Positions 42,340 through 57,288 of a stretch of DNA of 64,000 nucleotides are shown here, piece by piece. The number at the start of each line of letters is the position of its first letter. The stretch's first letter is position 1. The position numbers and the translations under genes are program-made. The notes beneath the pieces were generated by a model. It saw nothing but the letters and a program-made list of their open reading frames with translations, was not told the origin of the DNA and searched no databases. This DNA comes from Octopus vulgaris (Eukaryota): positions 16,988,001 to 17,052,000 of the forward strand of contig OX597825.1 of NCBI GenBank assembly GCA_951406725.2, in the 5' to 3' direction.

Positions 42340-43170
42340 AGGAATTTAAAAATACTGAAGAAGACCTGGCTGATGCTACCATGAAATTATTTAACTGCAC
42401 TGAAAAATAAAATTCCGGCCCATTTACGGTACGCAACCCGTTCATCTATCATACATTTATAACATAACATACTGACTAACTACCATGTAAAATAGGCCCA
42501 CGTGACTCAGGAAACAATAAACTCTTACCACAGACGATTTAAAACTGAAATAAACTATCGTGTACCACAGCCCAATGATGATTAGCAGGCCCTCTTCTAC
42601 TCTCAACTGTGGTCACCGCACAGTGTAAAATCAACGGCTGACATTGAAGCGATCCAGCGAAGCTTCACAAAGACGATCGTCTCATTGCAACAGCTCTGCT
42701 GCTGGAAAAGGCTAGAACAGCTAAGACTCTATTCCCTGGAGCGAAGGCAGGAGAGATATGTAGTAATATACATTTGGAAGATCCTAGAAGGGGACTGTAA
42801 CAAATTTTGGAATTGAAAGCTACACAAATACGAAAACAAGTCACCATTGCACAGTGCGAAAGATACGAACAATGCAGTCACGCTTCAGGACCAGTTACTG
42901 TAAGATTCTGAATTTTAAAGGACCACAGCTTTTTAGGATTCTCCCAAAGAGCCTGATAGATCTACTCAAAGTGGATGTATGTGTTTTCAAAACAAAACAA
43001 ATCTGTCGTGAATCCCAGATGAACCTACCTCGCAGCAGGGGGCGCAAATAAGGGCAGTGACGTCAAACTCTCTTACGCACCAACTGTTACGTTACATATC
43101 CCAGGAGGCTCTCAATATTAACAATGTAGCAAAACGGCTGTACTCCAGCATGACCACAGCTTTGAGGTAA
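42340..43170 (+). mobile_element. Decayed CR1-type LINE C-terminal fragment
   Basis: CSQLWSP...IEAIQRSFT, RLEQLRLYSLERRQERYVVIYIWKILEG and FKGPQLFRILPK-like peptides. Confidence 0.7.
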
Positions 43171-43205
43171 AAATCAAGTAAAATAATATATATATATATA
43201 CATAC

Positions 43206-43236
<31 letters not shown>

Positions 43237-44427
43237 TGTACATGTGTGTATATATATATATATATGTATACATATACACACACTGATATACATATATATA
43301 GTATATATTATATCTTGTGGAGACAGCTGTGCAACAGCTGGTGAATTTATTGCTCTGCGTAGACTATCATTACCCTGTCGACCTCTACCATGACGGTGTA
43401 TTAGTAGCATCATTGTTTACAATATAGAGAGCAAATAGAAGAACGATTATGGTAAACACAAATTTATATTATTTGTTCTTTATATACGTTACAATGTACG
43501 TTACAAGCAAATAACATAACTACATCTTATGTGTGTATATCTGAAAGTAAAGACAATTCTCCATTAGTGAGATATAAAAGCAAAATGAACGTTAACTGGA
43601 CTTTAAACATAGCGATCGCTAGTCTGTCCTGATAAGCTAACAATAACGTATCTATCTAACTTTTATTTAGTCCGTCTTATTTAAAGAACGGAACTGGATT
43701 GCTGCAAGAAAATACCACTGTCTTATTAGGTAAATAAATAAATCTATTTAACCAACGCTTCTCTATATATCATTAAATATTCGACGTAGTCTTTAGAGGC
43801 CTTTTTACTTGTTCGCTTCTTTGATGTTTAGATTAAATGACATAAACTCTGCCGCCGCACGTTTTAATCGGAAAAGAAGTAAATGGAACAATGCAACATA
43901 GAAGCTACAGTACTTCCATTGTGTACTGGATAATCCACGAGGAAAAATCAATATTTACTTTAAACATATAGCATAATGGCGAGTCTTAAAACGAGGTTAT
44001 ATAGACATTACTCAAGTACACATCTTTCACTGCCTAAATTGCTATAAAACAATGGAAGCAATATTAATACTTGAAAATTCTTTGTTAATATCCAATAGAT
44101 TTATGTGTAAATTATTGACAACATGAATGGAAACAATTTAGCATTTTTTTAGGTCACAAGACATCATATTATGTGGTTGATTCGTATCTTTGATTACTGT
44201 ATAAGTATAGGGAACCAGAAATAAGACCTGTTACATTTCCTGGTAGTTATGACACTCAAAATTCATTATTATATTATTTTGTTGTCTTACTGAATTCAGC
44301 CATTATACACACACCATGATGTTGTAAATATAGGAGACTATTGTCCACTGCGCAGGTCCTAACCACGGTACATAATTTGAACAAGGAACGACATGAATAG
44401 GCCTAAATACTGAGCTATTCTGCGTCC

Positions 44428-44495
<68 letters not shown>

Positions 44496-45630
44496 ACTAT
44501 CTATCTATTTTCTGACTGTCTGCCTGTCTGTCTATCTATCTATCTATCTAACTATCTATCTATCTATCTGTCTGTCTGTCTGTCTGTCCGTCTGTCTGTC
44601 TGTCTGTATGTATATCGATCAATCGATCTATCTATTTATCTATATATAAACAAGTACACATACGCAAACACGTACAGACACACACACGCACTCTCACACA
44701 GACAAATGTATACACACACACACACAAATGTACCAATCCCTCTATACATACATAAACACAAGGACATACTTAATGACTGACCTATTATGTGCTGCAAATA
44801 TAGCCCACGTGGTATATGACTCAAAAAGGTATGTGTGTGTGTCTGTGTGTGTGTGAGAAGTAAAATCAGATTTCATATTTCCTTGCTAAAGAACGGACTT
44901 AGAAGATGCGTGACATAATTACTCTATTAAAGACAACAAAAGATATGAATACTAGGATATCCGCTACGGTGGTCACCTAATTCATTACTCTAAAAGCATG
45001 ATATCTATTGTACCGAATGGGTAGAGATTTCGATTACGTCCTCTCTGAGGAGTGGTGAAAAAAGTGTGAAATAGTCGCTGTACGGAGACTCCCTATAACA
45101 TTTTCCAGTAATTCAGTAGCACAGGAATATTGCTTTTCCTTTCTTATTCTTCTTTGTATTACAGTGAAGCTTGGAAATATTTAAATTTATTTCAGATAAT
45201 TCTCATTTACATAGTGTTGTTCTTGAATAGATATTATTCCTCTATGTCTAATTTGATTGATATGCATATTACCTTTATCTAATTAGATACACTAGTGGAA
45301 CATTCCTAATCTCATATCATGAATATATTAGTATAATGGATAGCTACTTAAGAATAACATTGATATTGAATAAATAATTTTTTCTAGATTATTTAAACAT
45401 TTTAATTCATTGACAATCTTCATTTATGGAAAGTGAATTAATATATATAACAATGAATATATAAGGGTGATTTAATATACAATGAGGACTATATAATGAT
45501 GATTCCACTATTGTGTGGTATTTTTCCAGATTTAAAATTCAATATATCTATCATACAGGCGTTAAAACTATATTATGACTAATTTATTGAGAAATAATGT
45601 TAGATTACTTCGGATAGAGAAAATATACTC

Positions 45631-45763
<133 letters not shown>

Positions 45764-45786
45764 TATATATATATATTATATATATA

Positions 45787-45885
<99 letters not shown>

Positions 45886-46162
45886 CAGATTAAAGGCAAG
45901 CTTTAGATAAAAACAGTTTTACAAGACATACATACTTAAAAACAATCCGCCATAATAATGCAAAACATAGGCCGGAAAATTGAAGAAGTAGCTATAACTC
46001 ATTATAGAGGAACTAGAGGCATTTTGAAAATGTAGTTTTCAAATATAATTGTAAATATAGGAAATATCATAATTGGATAGTCGAAAAGAGCACGGAAACT
46101 GTTTACCGAAAAATACATTCTCATCTCTTTAGCTTCACTAACTAGAAGGTTCTCGGTGCGCA

Positions 46163-46217
<55 letters not shown>

Positions 46218-46240
46218 GTGATGACGATGATGACGATGAC

Positions 46241-46317
<77 letters not shown>

Positions 46318-46421
46318 CGATGATGATGATGATGATGATGATGAAGATGATGATGACGATGATGATGATGATGATGACGATGATGATGATGACAAATGAT
46401 GATGATAATGATGACGACGAC

Positions 46422-46453
<32 letters not shown>

Positions 46454-46543
46454 CGATGATGATGACGACGATGATGATGACGATGACGACGATGATGATG
46501 ACGATGATGATGATGAGGATGATGATGATGATGATGATGATGA
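46163..46543. repeat. (GAT)n/(GAC)n microsatellite
   Basis: Direct reading. Confidence 0.97.
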
Positions 46544-47150
46544 ACAGGGTAACGACGGCAACGCTGACAACGAAGACAATATAATGGTGGAACTCCTGAG
46601 TGATAGCATGAGCTAATAAGATGCATAATTATTAGTAGTTTTCGTTCAAAATACGTTCAAACAGTTAAAATAAGCGTTCAATAAAGCATCGAGTGCAACT
46701 ACCTAAACATAATCTATATTGGAGTTCAACAATGTTTTTTCCAGAAATTAATAACATACAGTCAAGCTAAATATCCGGAGATCAGCCACTTGCCATGACA
46801 AGGAACCTCAGCATCATATCAAGTGGGTTCAGAAATGATATCAATAAATACGTTTTTAATCATGTAATTTTTTTTTATGAAGTCTACGCGTGGGATGCTG
46901 GAAGGAAACTTCTCGATACTCCGTATAATGAGTATAAATGGAAATGGGAATATAATAGAGATGTACAGATGTCAGTTAGGAATGAGTCATTTACTATTTA
47001 CCGTTTATAATTAATTGAAAGCTTCATACAAATTACAAACATATATATCATCATTAAATATCCTGTAATCCATAGAATTAGTTCTGTCTACTTATCGTAA
47101 AAAAAAAAAAAAATACGAATCAAAGATATCAATGAATTGGTAGGCTGCTA

Positions 47151-48135
47151 GGCGGCGAGCTGGCAGAAACGTAAGCACGCTGGGCGAAATGCGTAGCCGT
47201 ATTTTGTCTGCCGTTACGTTCTGAGTTCAAATTCCGCCGAGGTCGACTTTGCTTTCATCCTTTCGGGGTCGATAAATTAAGTACCAGTTAAGCACTGGGG
47301 TCGCTCTAATCGACTTAATCCGTTTGTCTGTCCTTGTTTGTCCTATCTGTGTTCTAGCCCCTTGTGGGCAGTAAAAAAATAGGTATTTCATCTGCCGCTA
47401 CGTTCTGAGTTCAAATTCCGCCGAGATAGACTTTGCCTTTCTTACTTTTGGGGTCGATAAATTAAGTACTAATTACGCACTGGGGTCAATATAATCGACT
47501 TAATCAGTTTGTCTAGCCTTGTTTGTACCATCTATGTTTAGCCCCATGAGGGTAATAAAGAAATAAGAAACGTTAGCACGGCGGGGCGTTATGTTCTGAG
47601 TTCAAATTCCGCCGTGCTCGACTTTGCCTTTCATCATTTCGAGGTCGATAAATGAAGTACCAGTTACGCACTGTGGTCGATGTAATAGACCTAATCCATT
47701 TGTCTGTCCTTGTTTGCCCCCTCTATGCTTAGCCCGTTGTAGGCAATAAAGAAGTAAGAAACGTTAGCACGCCGAGCGAAATGCTTAGCGGTATTTCGTC
47801 TGCGTTATGTTGTGAGTTCAAATTCCGCCGAGGTCGACTTTGCCTTTCATCCTTTCGGGGTCGATAAATTAAGTACCAGTTACGTACTGGGGTCGATGTA
47901 ATCGACTTAATACCTATGTCTGTCCTTGTTTATCCCCTCCTTGTTTAGCCCCTTGTGGGTAATAAAGAAATAGGTATTTCCTGTCTTTACGTTATGAGTT
48001 CAAATTCCGCCGAGGTCGACTGGGCCTTTCATCTTTTCGAGGTCGATAAATGAAGTACCAGTTGCGTAATGGGATCGACCTAATCGACTGGCCCCCTCCC
48101 CCAAATGTCAGACCTTGTGCTAAGTGTAGAAAAGA
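47151..48135 (+). mobile_element. SINE family B, tandem array (5 units of about 180-215 bp)
   Basis: Head GGCGGCGAGCTGGCAGAAACG, then GTTCTGAGTTCAAATTCCGCCGAGGTCGACTTTGCC repeated five times. Confidence 0.85.
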
Positions 48136-48479
48136 ATTGGTTTGCTGCTTTTCTTATACAAATTAATGGATCTTTTGACCTAGAAATTATGTATGGTCGC
48201 CATAGTTTTTGTCAGAAGATTTGAAAAATTCATTTGAAAACATTGACAATTTATTACGAATTTTTCTCATCCCCCATTAATCATTCCAAGCTCATTTAAA
48301 ATTTGACACCTGTCTTATATACCTTGAACATATTATGGGTATGATCATATTCTCTCCAGCATTGTCTTTCTATACCTCATGGATGTTCTTGTAGTCAGTT
48401 CTTGAAGGATGTCCTTGTAGCAATTTGTAATTATCGCAACCTATCATACAATAGATCTTCTAAACTATGTCCTTTTACA

Positions 48480-48710
48480 CTTTTAGTTCTTTCAGAAATT
48501 TAAGTGTGGCCATGCTAGAGCACCGCGTCTAGTCGAACAGATCGACTCCAGGACTTATTTTTTGTAAGCCTAGTACTTATTCCGTCAGTTCTGATGCCAA
48601 ACCGATAAGTTACGGGGAAATAAGCACACCACTATCGTTTGTCAAGCGATGCGGCGGTGGGGACAAACACAAACACACAAATACATTCATACACACATAC
48701 ATAGATTCAC

Positions 48711-48793
<83 letters not shown>

Positions 48794-49084
48794 ACCTGCG
48801 TCCATTATAAACCTTCGAATAGGGGAGGTCAGCCGCTTCATCCTGCCAGTCAGACAGCTGCAGACATGTTTCAGGGCATTTGCCCTTTATCAATGCAGCG
48901 TAGTCAGACCCAGCGTATATATATATGTATGTATATATATATATTTCGACGAGACTCTTTCAGCTTCCGTCTATCAAATCCAGTGACAAGGCTTTGGTCA
49001 GCCCACGACACTTGTCCAAGCTTCCACGCCGAGGGACCGAACCCGGAACTATGTGGATGGGAATTACATGGCCACACGTGCGCC
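48480..49084 (-). mobile_element. SINE family A, diverged, with ~120-bp insert in its microsatellite
   Basis: Both halves align to 1927-2346, with extra sequence at 48793-48915. Confidence 0.7.
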
Positions 49085-49943
49085 TATATAACTATGTTTT
49101 TTTTTGTAAATTCTGTTTAAGAAGGCAATGTCTGTCTTGTGTTGTTAAACAGAATAAAAGAACAAACGAAGTGCCATTATCCGTTATAATTTACCCAAGA
49201 CTACATTATGTTGTCCTGTGTTTCCATCCGACTCTACCCACCAAAATATATATTTTCCCATATAAGATAAGTATGTAACATGCACTTCTAAACGACAATA
49301 ATAAGTCCCTCTATAGGCTTAGGTACACTATTAAAATCGTTGAGCTTCTAAATCGAACTAACATAATAGAGTAACAGAAAATAATATTTTACTGCATTTC
49401 TTCATGCATTGTCACTGTTGATTTCGTGTGTTCACTATAAAATGTGTATCTGGTATTGTATGGAATAGTTTCAGTGAAATCCGTATTAGCTGTGTTTTGT
49501 CTTCCTAACAAATCAATATTATTGAATTTTATGTTCCACAATATAGCATGCAACTGATAGATCTCTATATTATTTAGAAGTAAAAGAAATTCTCCACTTT
49601 GGGCAAAAGGCCTGAATGTTTTACTTTTACTTTTGTGTGGGAGGGTAGGTAAATCGATTAAATCGACCTCAGTACTCGACTCCTACTTATCTTATCGACC
49701 CCAAAAGGATGAAAGGCAAAGTCACTGCTGGCGGAATTCAAAGCGAAAAGAAATGGTGCTAAACATTTTGTCTGGGATAATAACGATTCTTCCAGTTGTC
49801 TGCCTTCATTCAGAAATATAATGATAGCAATATATTTGGTCTACGTATAACGGGTCAAGGATGACCAGTCATATATTTAAACTCTTTGTTAAATACTTAT
49901 AAGTAGAGCGCAAGAAAATGTAGAAGTGTAAGTTTTCTCAAGG

Positions 49944-50320
49944 GAGGTGGAGGGAAGCACTCCATCGGTTACGGCGACGAGGGTTCCGGTTGATCCGAAT
50001 CAACGGAACACCCTGCTCGTGAAATTAACGTGTAAGTGGCTGAGCACTCCACAGACACGTGTACCCTTAACGTAGTTCTCGGGGATATTCAGCGTGACAC
50101 AGAGAGTGACAAGGCCGGCCCTTGAAATACAGGTAAAACAGAAACAGGAAGTAAGAGTGAGAGAAAGTTGTGGTGAAAGAGTACAGCAGGGATTACCACC
50201 ATCCCCTGCCGGAGCCTCGTGGAGCTTTAGGTGTTTTCGCTCAATAGACACTCACAATCGAAACCGCGATCCTATGACCGCGAGTCCGCTGCCCTAACCA
50301 CTGGGCCATTGCGCCTCCAC
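49944..50320 (-). mobile_element. tRNA-derived SINE (head D + tail of C) with 10-bp TSD
   Basis: TSD TTTCTCAAGG at 49934-49943 and 50321-50330. A box TGGCCCAGTGG. Confidence 0.88.
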
Positions 50321-51106
50321 TTTCTCAAGGACACGCAGGTTTGAAGTGCATACATTGGATCAAAACATGTCATGGAATTCTGTATTAATTCTAAAACGCT
50401 TTATTCCATTTCCTTATGTTCCTTTAATTTGTGAAGTATGAAACAATACTGGTCAATAGAAAACCAAGTTCAGCTGCATTGACCAGTTCAGGAGCATAAG
50501 TATTATGACTGGAAATTGCTCTGATCGTGCATAGGAGACGAATGCCAATAATAGCTAACAACAAGGCATGATGAACATAAACGTCAATATGTTTGGACGT
50601 AACTATTACATTCAGTCAATCAACAGAAACTTCGACCTCCCAGTGGATGTAGACTTGTCTATAGACAAGATTTCAGTATTTAGGAGCCGTGCTTGATCTG
50701 ATTGGCAGCTGTGACAAGATGTGTACACCCACACATATATATATATAAACCTTTGTATTTATGTGTGCATTGGGTTATCTTATAAACTTCGCTTCTTTCA
50801 AACGTTATTTGAATTAACTTGGAAAGTATTTTTATCGTATTAAACATGGTATATAATTTTGGTGATGAATTAAGATTGCTTATGAAAACTAAGGTTGAAA
50901 ATGAATTGACTGAAAACGAACGAATTCACATAGACATATTATTCCTCTATAAATTTTGTTCATTGTATTTGAAATTAGAATATATATTTCTTTACTACCC
51001 ACAAGGGGCTAAACATAGAGGGGACAAACAAGGACAGACAAAGGGATTAAGTCAATTACATCGACCCAGTGCGAAACCGGTACTTTATTTATCGACCGCG
51101 AGAGGA

Positions 51107-51141
51107 TGAAACACAGACACACAAACATATACACACACGCT

Positions 51142-51185
<44 letters not shown>

Positions 51186-51343
51186 CGACAGGCTTCTTTC
51201 AGTTTCCGTCTACCAAATCCACTCACAAGGCATTGGTTGACCCGGGGCTATAGCAGAAGACACATGCCCAAGATGCCACGCAGTGAGACTGAACCTGGAA
51301 CCGTGTGGTTGGTAAACAAGCTACTTACCACACAGCCACTCCT

Positions 51344-51347
<4 letters not shown>
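51107..51347 (-). mobile_element. SINE family A (5' half) fused to a family B fragment (50985-51110)
   Basis: Matches 2135-2346. Confidence 0.8.
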
Positions 51348-51398
<51 letters not shown>

Positions 51399-51917
51399 CA
51401 TGCATATATACATACTATATCTATACACAGTCATAATTTACACAAAGATCCATATATATGTTTGTGTATGTGAATGGGAGTAGTGTTTCACTGTATATAA
51501 AAAGAGTGGATCAGAGAGAGAATGATAGATATACAGATAGATTATGTATACATAAACACACAGATGTCCGATGCACACACGCACACACTCACACACTTAT
51601 ACACAGACACTGACATACATATATATACACTGAAATATGATGGTAAATACCAATTAAGTCTCCATTCGACTGTAAAATCTCAACTTAAGTTTGTACATTA
51701 CTTGAAATATAAGGAATTTGTTTACATGTCGTTAGATTCCAAATCGTTTGTTGAATTTGTGTCGTTAAACAATAAATTCAATCAACTGTTCATTACATAC
51801 GTCCTGAGTTTGTTATTCCAGTCTCGTAACTTTGATATTTCACTGAAGTTAATTGATATATGATTTATAATAGAACTCAATGCCTTCACTCTCCTTTTAC
51901 ATCAAATCCTGCATGTT

Positions 51918-52129
51918 ATACAAGATGCGGCCGAAATACCTCCCATGTTTGAAAGGTTGACAAAAAGAAAAAGACACAACATTTTGAAAAATTCATTTTA
52001 CTGTTGTTTCAACAAAGAGTTACAGTTTTTATTCATCAGCGAAATAAAAACATCATTGGAACTTGCATTAGTTCATTAGCAACACATAGGTGAAAGTTTA
52101 AAATGTGGGAGGTATTTCCGCCCTGTATA
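51918..52129. mobile_element. Tc1/mariner-type MITE remnant
   Basis: Imperfect TIRs TATACA..GCGG(CC)GAAATACCTCCCA / TGGGAGGTATTTCCGCCCTGTATA with TA ends. Confidence 0.55.
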
Positions 52130-52339
52130 CAGTCTTCTTTGTATATTAATGGATTACTTAATAACTTCTAAATCAATGCAGTTTTCTTGTTCATGTTTTG
52201 TGAAGCCAGAGTGTATTAGTCGTATTAAATTTTTGTCACCACCCTAAAACGAAAAACAAACAAATGAAACTATATTTATATACAATCAACTACCCAACTA
52301 CTGCATACTGTAATAATGGTGCCAAAATGTGGCAATGGC

Positions 52340-52985
52340 AACAATTATAAAGGGGCTGGTCACGTCAATTACTTCAATTCCATTGCTTGACTGGAACTTA
52401 TTTCATCGACTTTGAGACGAGGGTTGTCAAAGTCCACCTCTCTAGAATTTGAACTCAGTACTTAAAGACTTTCGGAAGAAATGGCGATCAACATTTTCTT
52501 CGACACGCTAACGATTCTGCCAACTCGCAACCTTAACATATGATGAAATAATATGTTCTAGTATAAGCGCAAGGCCTTGACTATTTAGGGGAGGGGCTAG
52601 TCGATTGCGTCGACCCCAAAGCATCACTGGCCGCCTCCCTCAAAATGCTGGGCCTTGTACCTAGAGCAGAAAAGAATAGATTTGTCATAGTTTTGACGGT
52701 GAGGTGGCAGAGTCGTTAGCACACTGGCAGAAATGCTTAGCGCCATTCCGTACATCTTTACATTCTGAGTTCAAATTCCCCCCGCTATCCACTTTGCTTT
52801 CTATTTTTCGGGACGATAAAATATGTACCAGTTGAACACTGAGAATAATTTAATCGACAGTGCATCCAGAAAGGATGGAAGGCAAAGTCGATCTCAGTGG
52901 AATTTGAACTCATTGTAAATACGGACAATATTCCACTAAATATGTCGTTCGGCGTGCGAACGAATCTGCTAATTCGCAGCCTTGG
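52340..52985. mobile_element. Cluster of diverged SINE family B copies in both orientations
   Basis: Motif matches on both strands. Confidence 0.65.
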
Positions 52986-53074
52986 CGTTTGCTATAATAA
53001 TACAGGACAACATGTTAGAATCCGATATATAAGAATGGCAAATAACACGCTAGTTAGTTAATTTTTGGCTCAAA

Positions 53075-53643
53075 AAGCAAAAAGTACAGCCATGTAGGGG
53101 GACATGGAGTTATGTACAGGGTGGTGTTCATGTAAAGAGTTCAGGCCACTTGTGGTCAAGGGAGACTTTGAACCGAGCGGTCGTCGGCATCTTCACCATC
53201 TCGTCCGGCAGCTTATTCCACGGATCCGCAACCCGGACGGAGAAAGCGCCTCTTCTTCCATTGAGATTAAATCGACGCAGATAGAGCTTTTCGGGGTCAC
53301 CCCGCAGCCGACGCTCTGGAGCAGGAGTGAAGAACAGCTATTCCGAGAGGTTACACTTTCCGCTTATGATGTTGTGAGCAAAAATGCGATCACCACGGCG
53401 TCGTCGTTTTCCTAGAGAATAAAGTTCGAGCGTCTTCAGCCTTTCTTCATGAGACAAATTCTTGAGACCAAGAACCATGCGGGTAGCCAGCTTCTGGAAT
53501 ATTTCGAGATGCTGTATGTGTTTGAGGAGATAAGGAGAAAAGGCTTGAATCCCGTACTCCAATATGGGTCTCACCAGCGTGACATAGAGCGGTAGGAATA
53601 TGGCTGCTGTGAGCATTCCGAATGACCGTCGAATCAAGAACAG
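53075..53643 (-). mobile_element. CR1-type LINE 3' fragment
   Basis: LYVTLVRPILEYGIQAFSPYL...QKLATRMVLGLKNLSHEERLKTLELYSLGKRRRRGD. Confidence 0.85.
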
Positions 53644-53721
53644 GTGGAAAACGTTAAGTGGTATATAGTCGTACAGGTATTGTGCGTGTGGATTGTGTTT
53701 ATAATATACTCATCATCGCAA

Positions 53722-54158
53722 GGCGGCAAGCTGGCAGATACGTTAGCACGCTGGGCGAAATGCTTAGAGGTATTCCGTCTGTCTTACGTGCTGAGTTCAA
53801 ATTTCGCCGAGGTCGATTTGCCTTTCATCCTGTCAGGGTCGATAAATTAAGGATCAGTTGCATACCAGGGTAGACCTAATCGACGTCCCCCACCAAAAAT
53901 TTAGGGCCTTGTTCCTAGAGTAGAAAAGAATATACCTACCATCGTAAGGCGGCAAACTGGCAGAAAGGTTAGCATACTTGGCGAAATGATTAGCGGTATT
54001 TCATCTGCCGTTACGTTCTGAGTTCAAATTCCGCCGAGGTCGACTTTGCCTTTCATCCTTTCGGGGTCGATAAATTAAGTACCAGTTGCGTTCTAGGTCG
54101 ATCTAATCGACTGCCCCCCTCCTCCAAATTTCAGGCCTTGTGCTTAGAGTAGAAAAGA
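53722..54158 (+). mobile_element. SINE family B head-to-tail dimer
   Basis: Two complete ~210-bp units ending CCTAGAGTAGAAAAGAA or CTTAGAGTAGAAAAGAA. Confidence 0.8.
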
Positions 54159-55499
54159 ATTGGTTTGCTGCTTTTCTTATACAAATTAATGGATCTTTTA
54201 ACCTAGAAATTATTTTCGCTCTAATTATGTATAGTCGCCATAGTTTTTGTCAGTTGATTTGAAAAATTCATTTGAAAACATTAACAAAGTATGAACTTTT
54301 CTCATAGCCATTAATCACTCCAGGTTTATTTAAAATTTGACGTTTGTCAAACACCTTGAACATATTATGAATATGATCATATTCTCTCAGCGTTGTCTTT
54401 CTATACCTGATGGATATTCTTGTTCTCTGTAATCGATTGGCCCCCTCCCCCCAAATTTCAGGCCTTGTGCCTAGAGTAGAAAAGAATATATTCGTTATAG
54501 TTTTGACGGCGATGTGGCAGAGTCGTTAGCTCAGTGGGTGACATGCTTAGCACCATTCCGTACATCTTTACATTCTGAGTTCAAATTCCACCCGGGATCC
54601 ACTTTGGTTTCCCTTTTTCGGGACTATAAAATATGTACCAGTTGAACACTGAGGTTAATGTAGTCTCTCCTGCAAACCTGCTTCCCTTGTGCCAACATTT
54701 TAGCATTGTTTTTGATGATGCATAGTCATGTTGAAACAACATTAAACACCATTATATGTTTCCTTCAAAGGAAGTCCTTAATTGCATGTCTTTGTATTTT
54801 CGATTTAATAGCTGCTATTTATTTGTGTAGATGCGGGTTTATTAAAGCAGCTTTGATCAGTGTTGTTTACTTTACAATTACAGTATCAAATACGGTTCGA
54901 AGTGTATTCAGTGCATCCCAATAACTGCAGCATATTTCAATCAAGCGTATTGATATTACTCTTGGTGCAGGCATTGTGTGATTAAAAGTTTGAATTTGCG
55001 ATTCTACCTTGCTTTATTAATGACTTCTAAGGACACCGTACGTCGTTATGCAACCATAATCTTCTACAAAGAATATTAAACAGATTATAAGCCAATACTC
55101 TATTCTGCTTTGCTGTTACTGTTATAAATTATCTTCTGGTGAATCCCTCCATGTGAATGCATTCGGCTATTAGAAAACTATACAGTCGTTGTTCGAATAT
55201 AGATGTATATTTGCGTATTTGTTGAACTCTATTTTATGATCACAGCGATCCAAAATTGGTTCTACAGTATATGTTGTGTCTCTTATGACTGCATTATTAA
55301 GATAAAGGATGTAACCATTAACGCTGACTTCTGCAACATTTTGCACCTCTGAGTCCCTTTGTCTTTTTGCCTGTCTCTTTCTCTCTTTGCCTCTATTGCT
55401 CTCTCTTATCCACACCTCAGTAACTACCCGTATACTTTCCGTAGAACAAAATCCACTGGAAACCTAGTGTTATATGTTATTTCCCTTACAGAAGGTTAA

Positions 55500-56350
55500 T
55501 GAAAGAAATGATGTGGCTCTGGATATCTCCAGAACATTTGATCATGACCATGCTGGCCTCGCGTACGAGCTCCACCCAACTTCTTTCATTCTGTAGCGTC
55601 CTACCTGATCTCACCTTCGCTGTATCTGGGCGTGGCCCTATCATTCTCACTCTGAGTCAAGTTTGAATTTACCCAGGGTTTTACCTTTTCTATTATTTCT
55701 ATACAATAATAAGCTACTTGGCTCTACATCCAGCAGTGTCCATACTAATGCAGAAGATATGAGCTTCCAGTCGTACTAAACGTACCTCATCTATGTAACG
55801 AAGACTTTACATTCACAACCTCCACTGATTCCGTAGTAGGAGTACTCGAGAGAATCTTCAGTGGAACCACACTAATCTTGTTTCCTTTAACATCAGTAAA
55901 ACTAAGCACTACTTATATTAAGGAAGCAACCCCGGAACATCCCCTTCCCTCACTAAAGGGCAATCAGCTTCAACCCTCACACTTGATCCCAATACTGGGC
56001 TTCACCATTCATGAAGGATCTCTCCTTGTGAAAGAACAGCTTTGGCTTAGCCATGATCGCATCACACAGCCTAACCTCTCACTTTATGTCTAGAAAATAT
56101 TTCAGCCTCCTTAAATAAGTGGTACTCCAGAAAACTCATGTCTGTACTGTTCCCTTCCAGTGACAATGGTGATCTTGCACACAGTCATTCAATGTCCATC
56201 TAGTAAAGGGTCACTCCCTTACTCGCTATTTTTCAGTCGCTAACAACACACAACAGTCTCTGGTCTACAACCCAGCTGTTTCTGCTCTTCCATCGCTCAT
56301 ATAACGACACTTGTTTCTCAGATATGCTCGGGTATCGTACTTTCAGCACA
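55500..56350 (+). mobile_element. Heavily decayed LINE RT fragment
   Basis: VALDISRTFD and PQG-like remnants with many disablements. Confidence 0.45.
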
Positions 56351-57217
56351 CATACAAGAAAACAACTCTTCTTTCTACTTCTCATCAAAATTTAATGATT
56401 TCGCCTTTATATTTGGAATATTATAAATACATTCTATAAACGATAAATTAATATATTGTAAATAATAATTTATAATAAATAATATTATAAATCAATATTA
56501 TAAATAATAATTTAGTGGGAAGCGGTTCGATATGATCCATCAAAAACCTCGCCGGCTGTGTGTCCGGGTTAACACTTGGAAATTACTAATATAACGAGAA
56601 ACGTATGTGTGTGTCTGTGCGGACATTTGTGTGTGCTTCTATGTTCGTGTGTATCTGTGCGAATGTGTGTGCCTGTGCGGATGTGTGTGCCTGTGTATCT
56701 CTGATCGTGTGTATATATGTACTGTAAATATGCTTCTATGTGTGAATGTGTATGCGGTTTTTAAGTATGTATATCAAATATGTAGATTTGTGTATTTAGA
56801 CAAATTAATTCATATAAATACGTGTCAATTTCTGTGAAAATATGTACTTATTTAAACGGGGTTTACACTATGTCGTTCTAAATTTGGTTTAATAATTATA
56901 TCTTCATTGAATACTAATAACAAGAAATCAATAATTACTATATGGCTGTAATGACTATTTCAATATGCAATACATGGTGTTGTTTACTTAATATACTTGC
57001 ATTATAAATAAAGATTTGCATAATTAAAATAATTATCAGTTTATTTGTATAATCACAAACGAGTAACTCGATTTACCCTCAGATACACACACATACACAC
57101 ACACTCACACACGCACATATTTATACATATATGCATGTATATACATGTATATGTATTTATGTGTATATGTTTGCGTGTGTATATACATATACATATACAT
57201 ATATACACAAATATATA

Positions 57218-57288
<71 letters not shown>

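Noticed and set aside
46138-46626. Poly-Met/Asp, poly-Ser/His ORFs resembling acidic or His-rich proteins
   Set aside because: (GAT)n microsatellite open in several frames, with no splice or domain support.
47151-48135. Regularly spaced repeats resembling a CRISPR array
   Set aside because: The 'spacers' are themselves repeated, units are ~184 bp SINE segments, the context is eukaryotic, and there are no cas genes.
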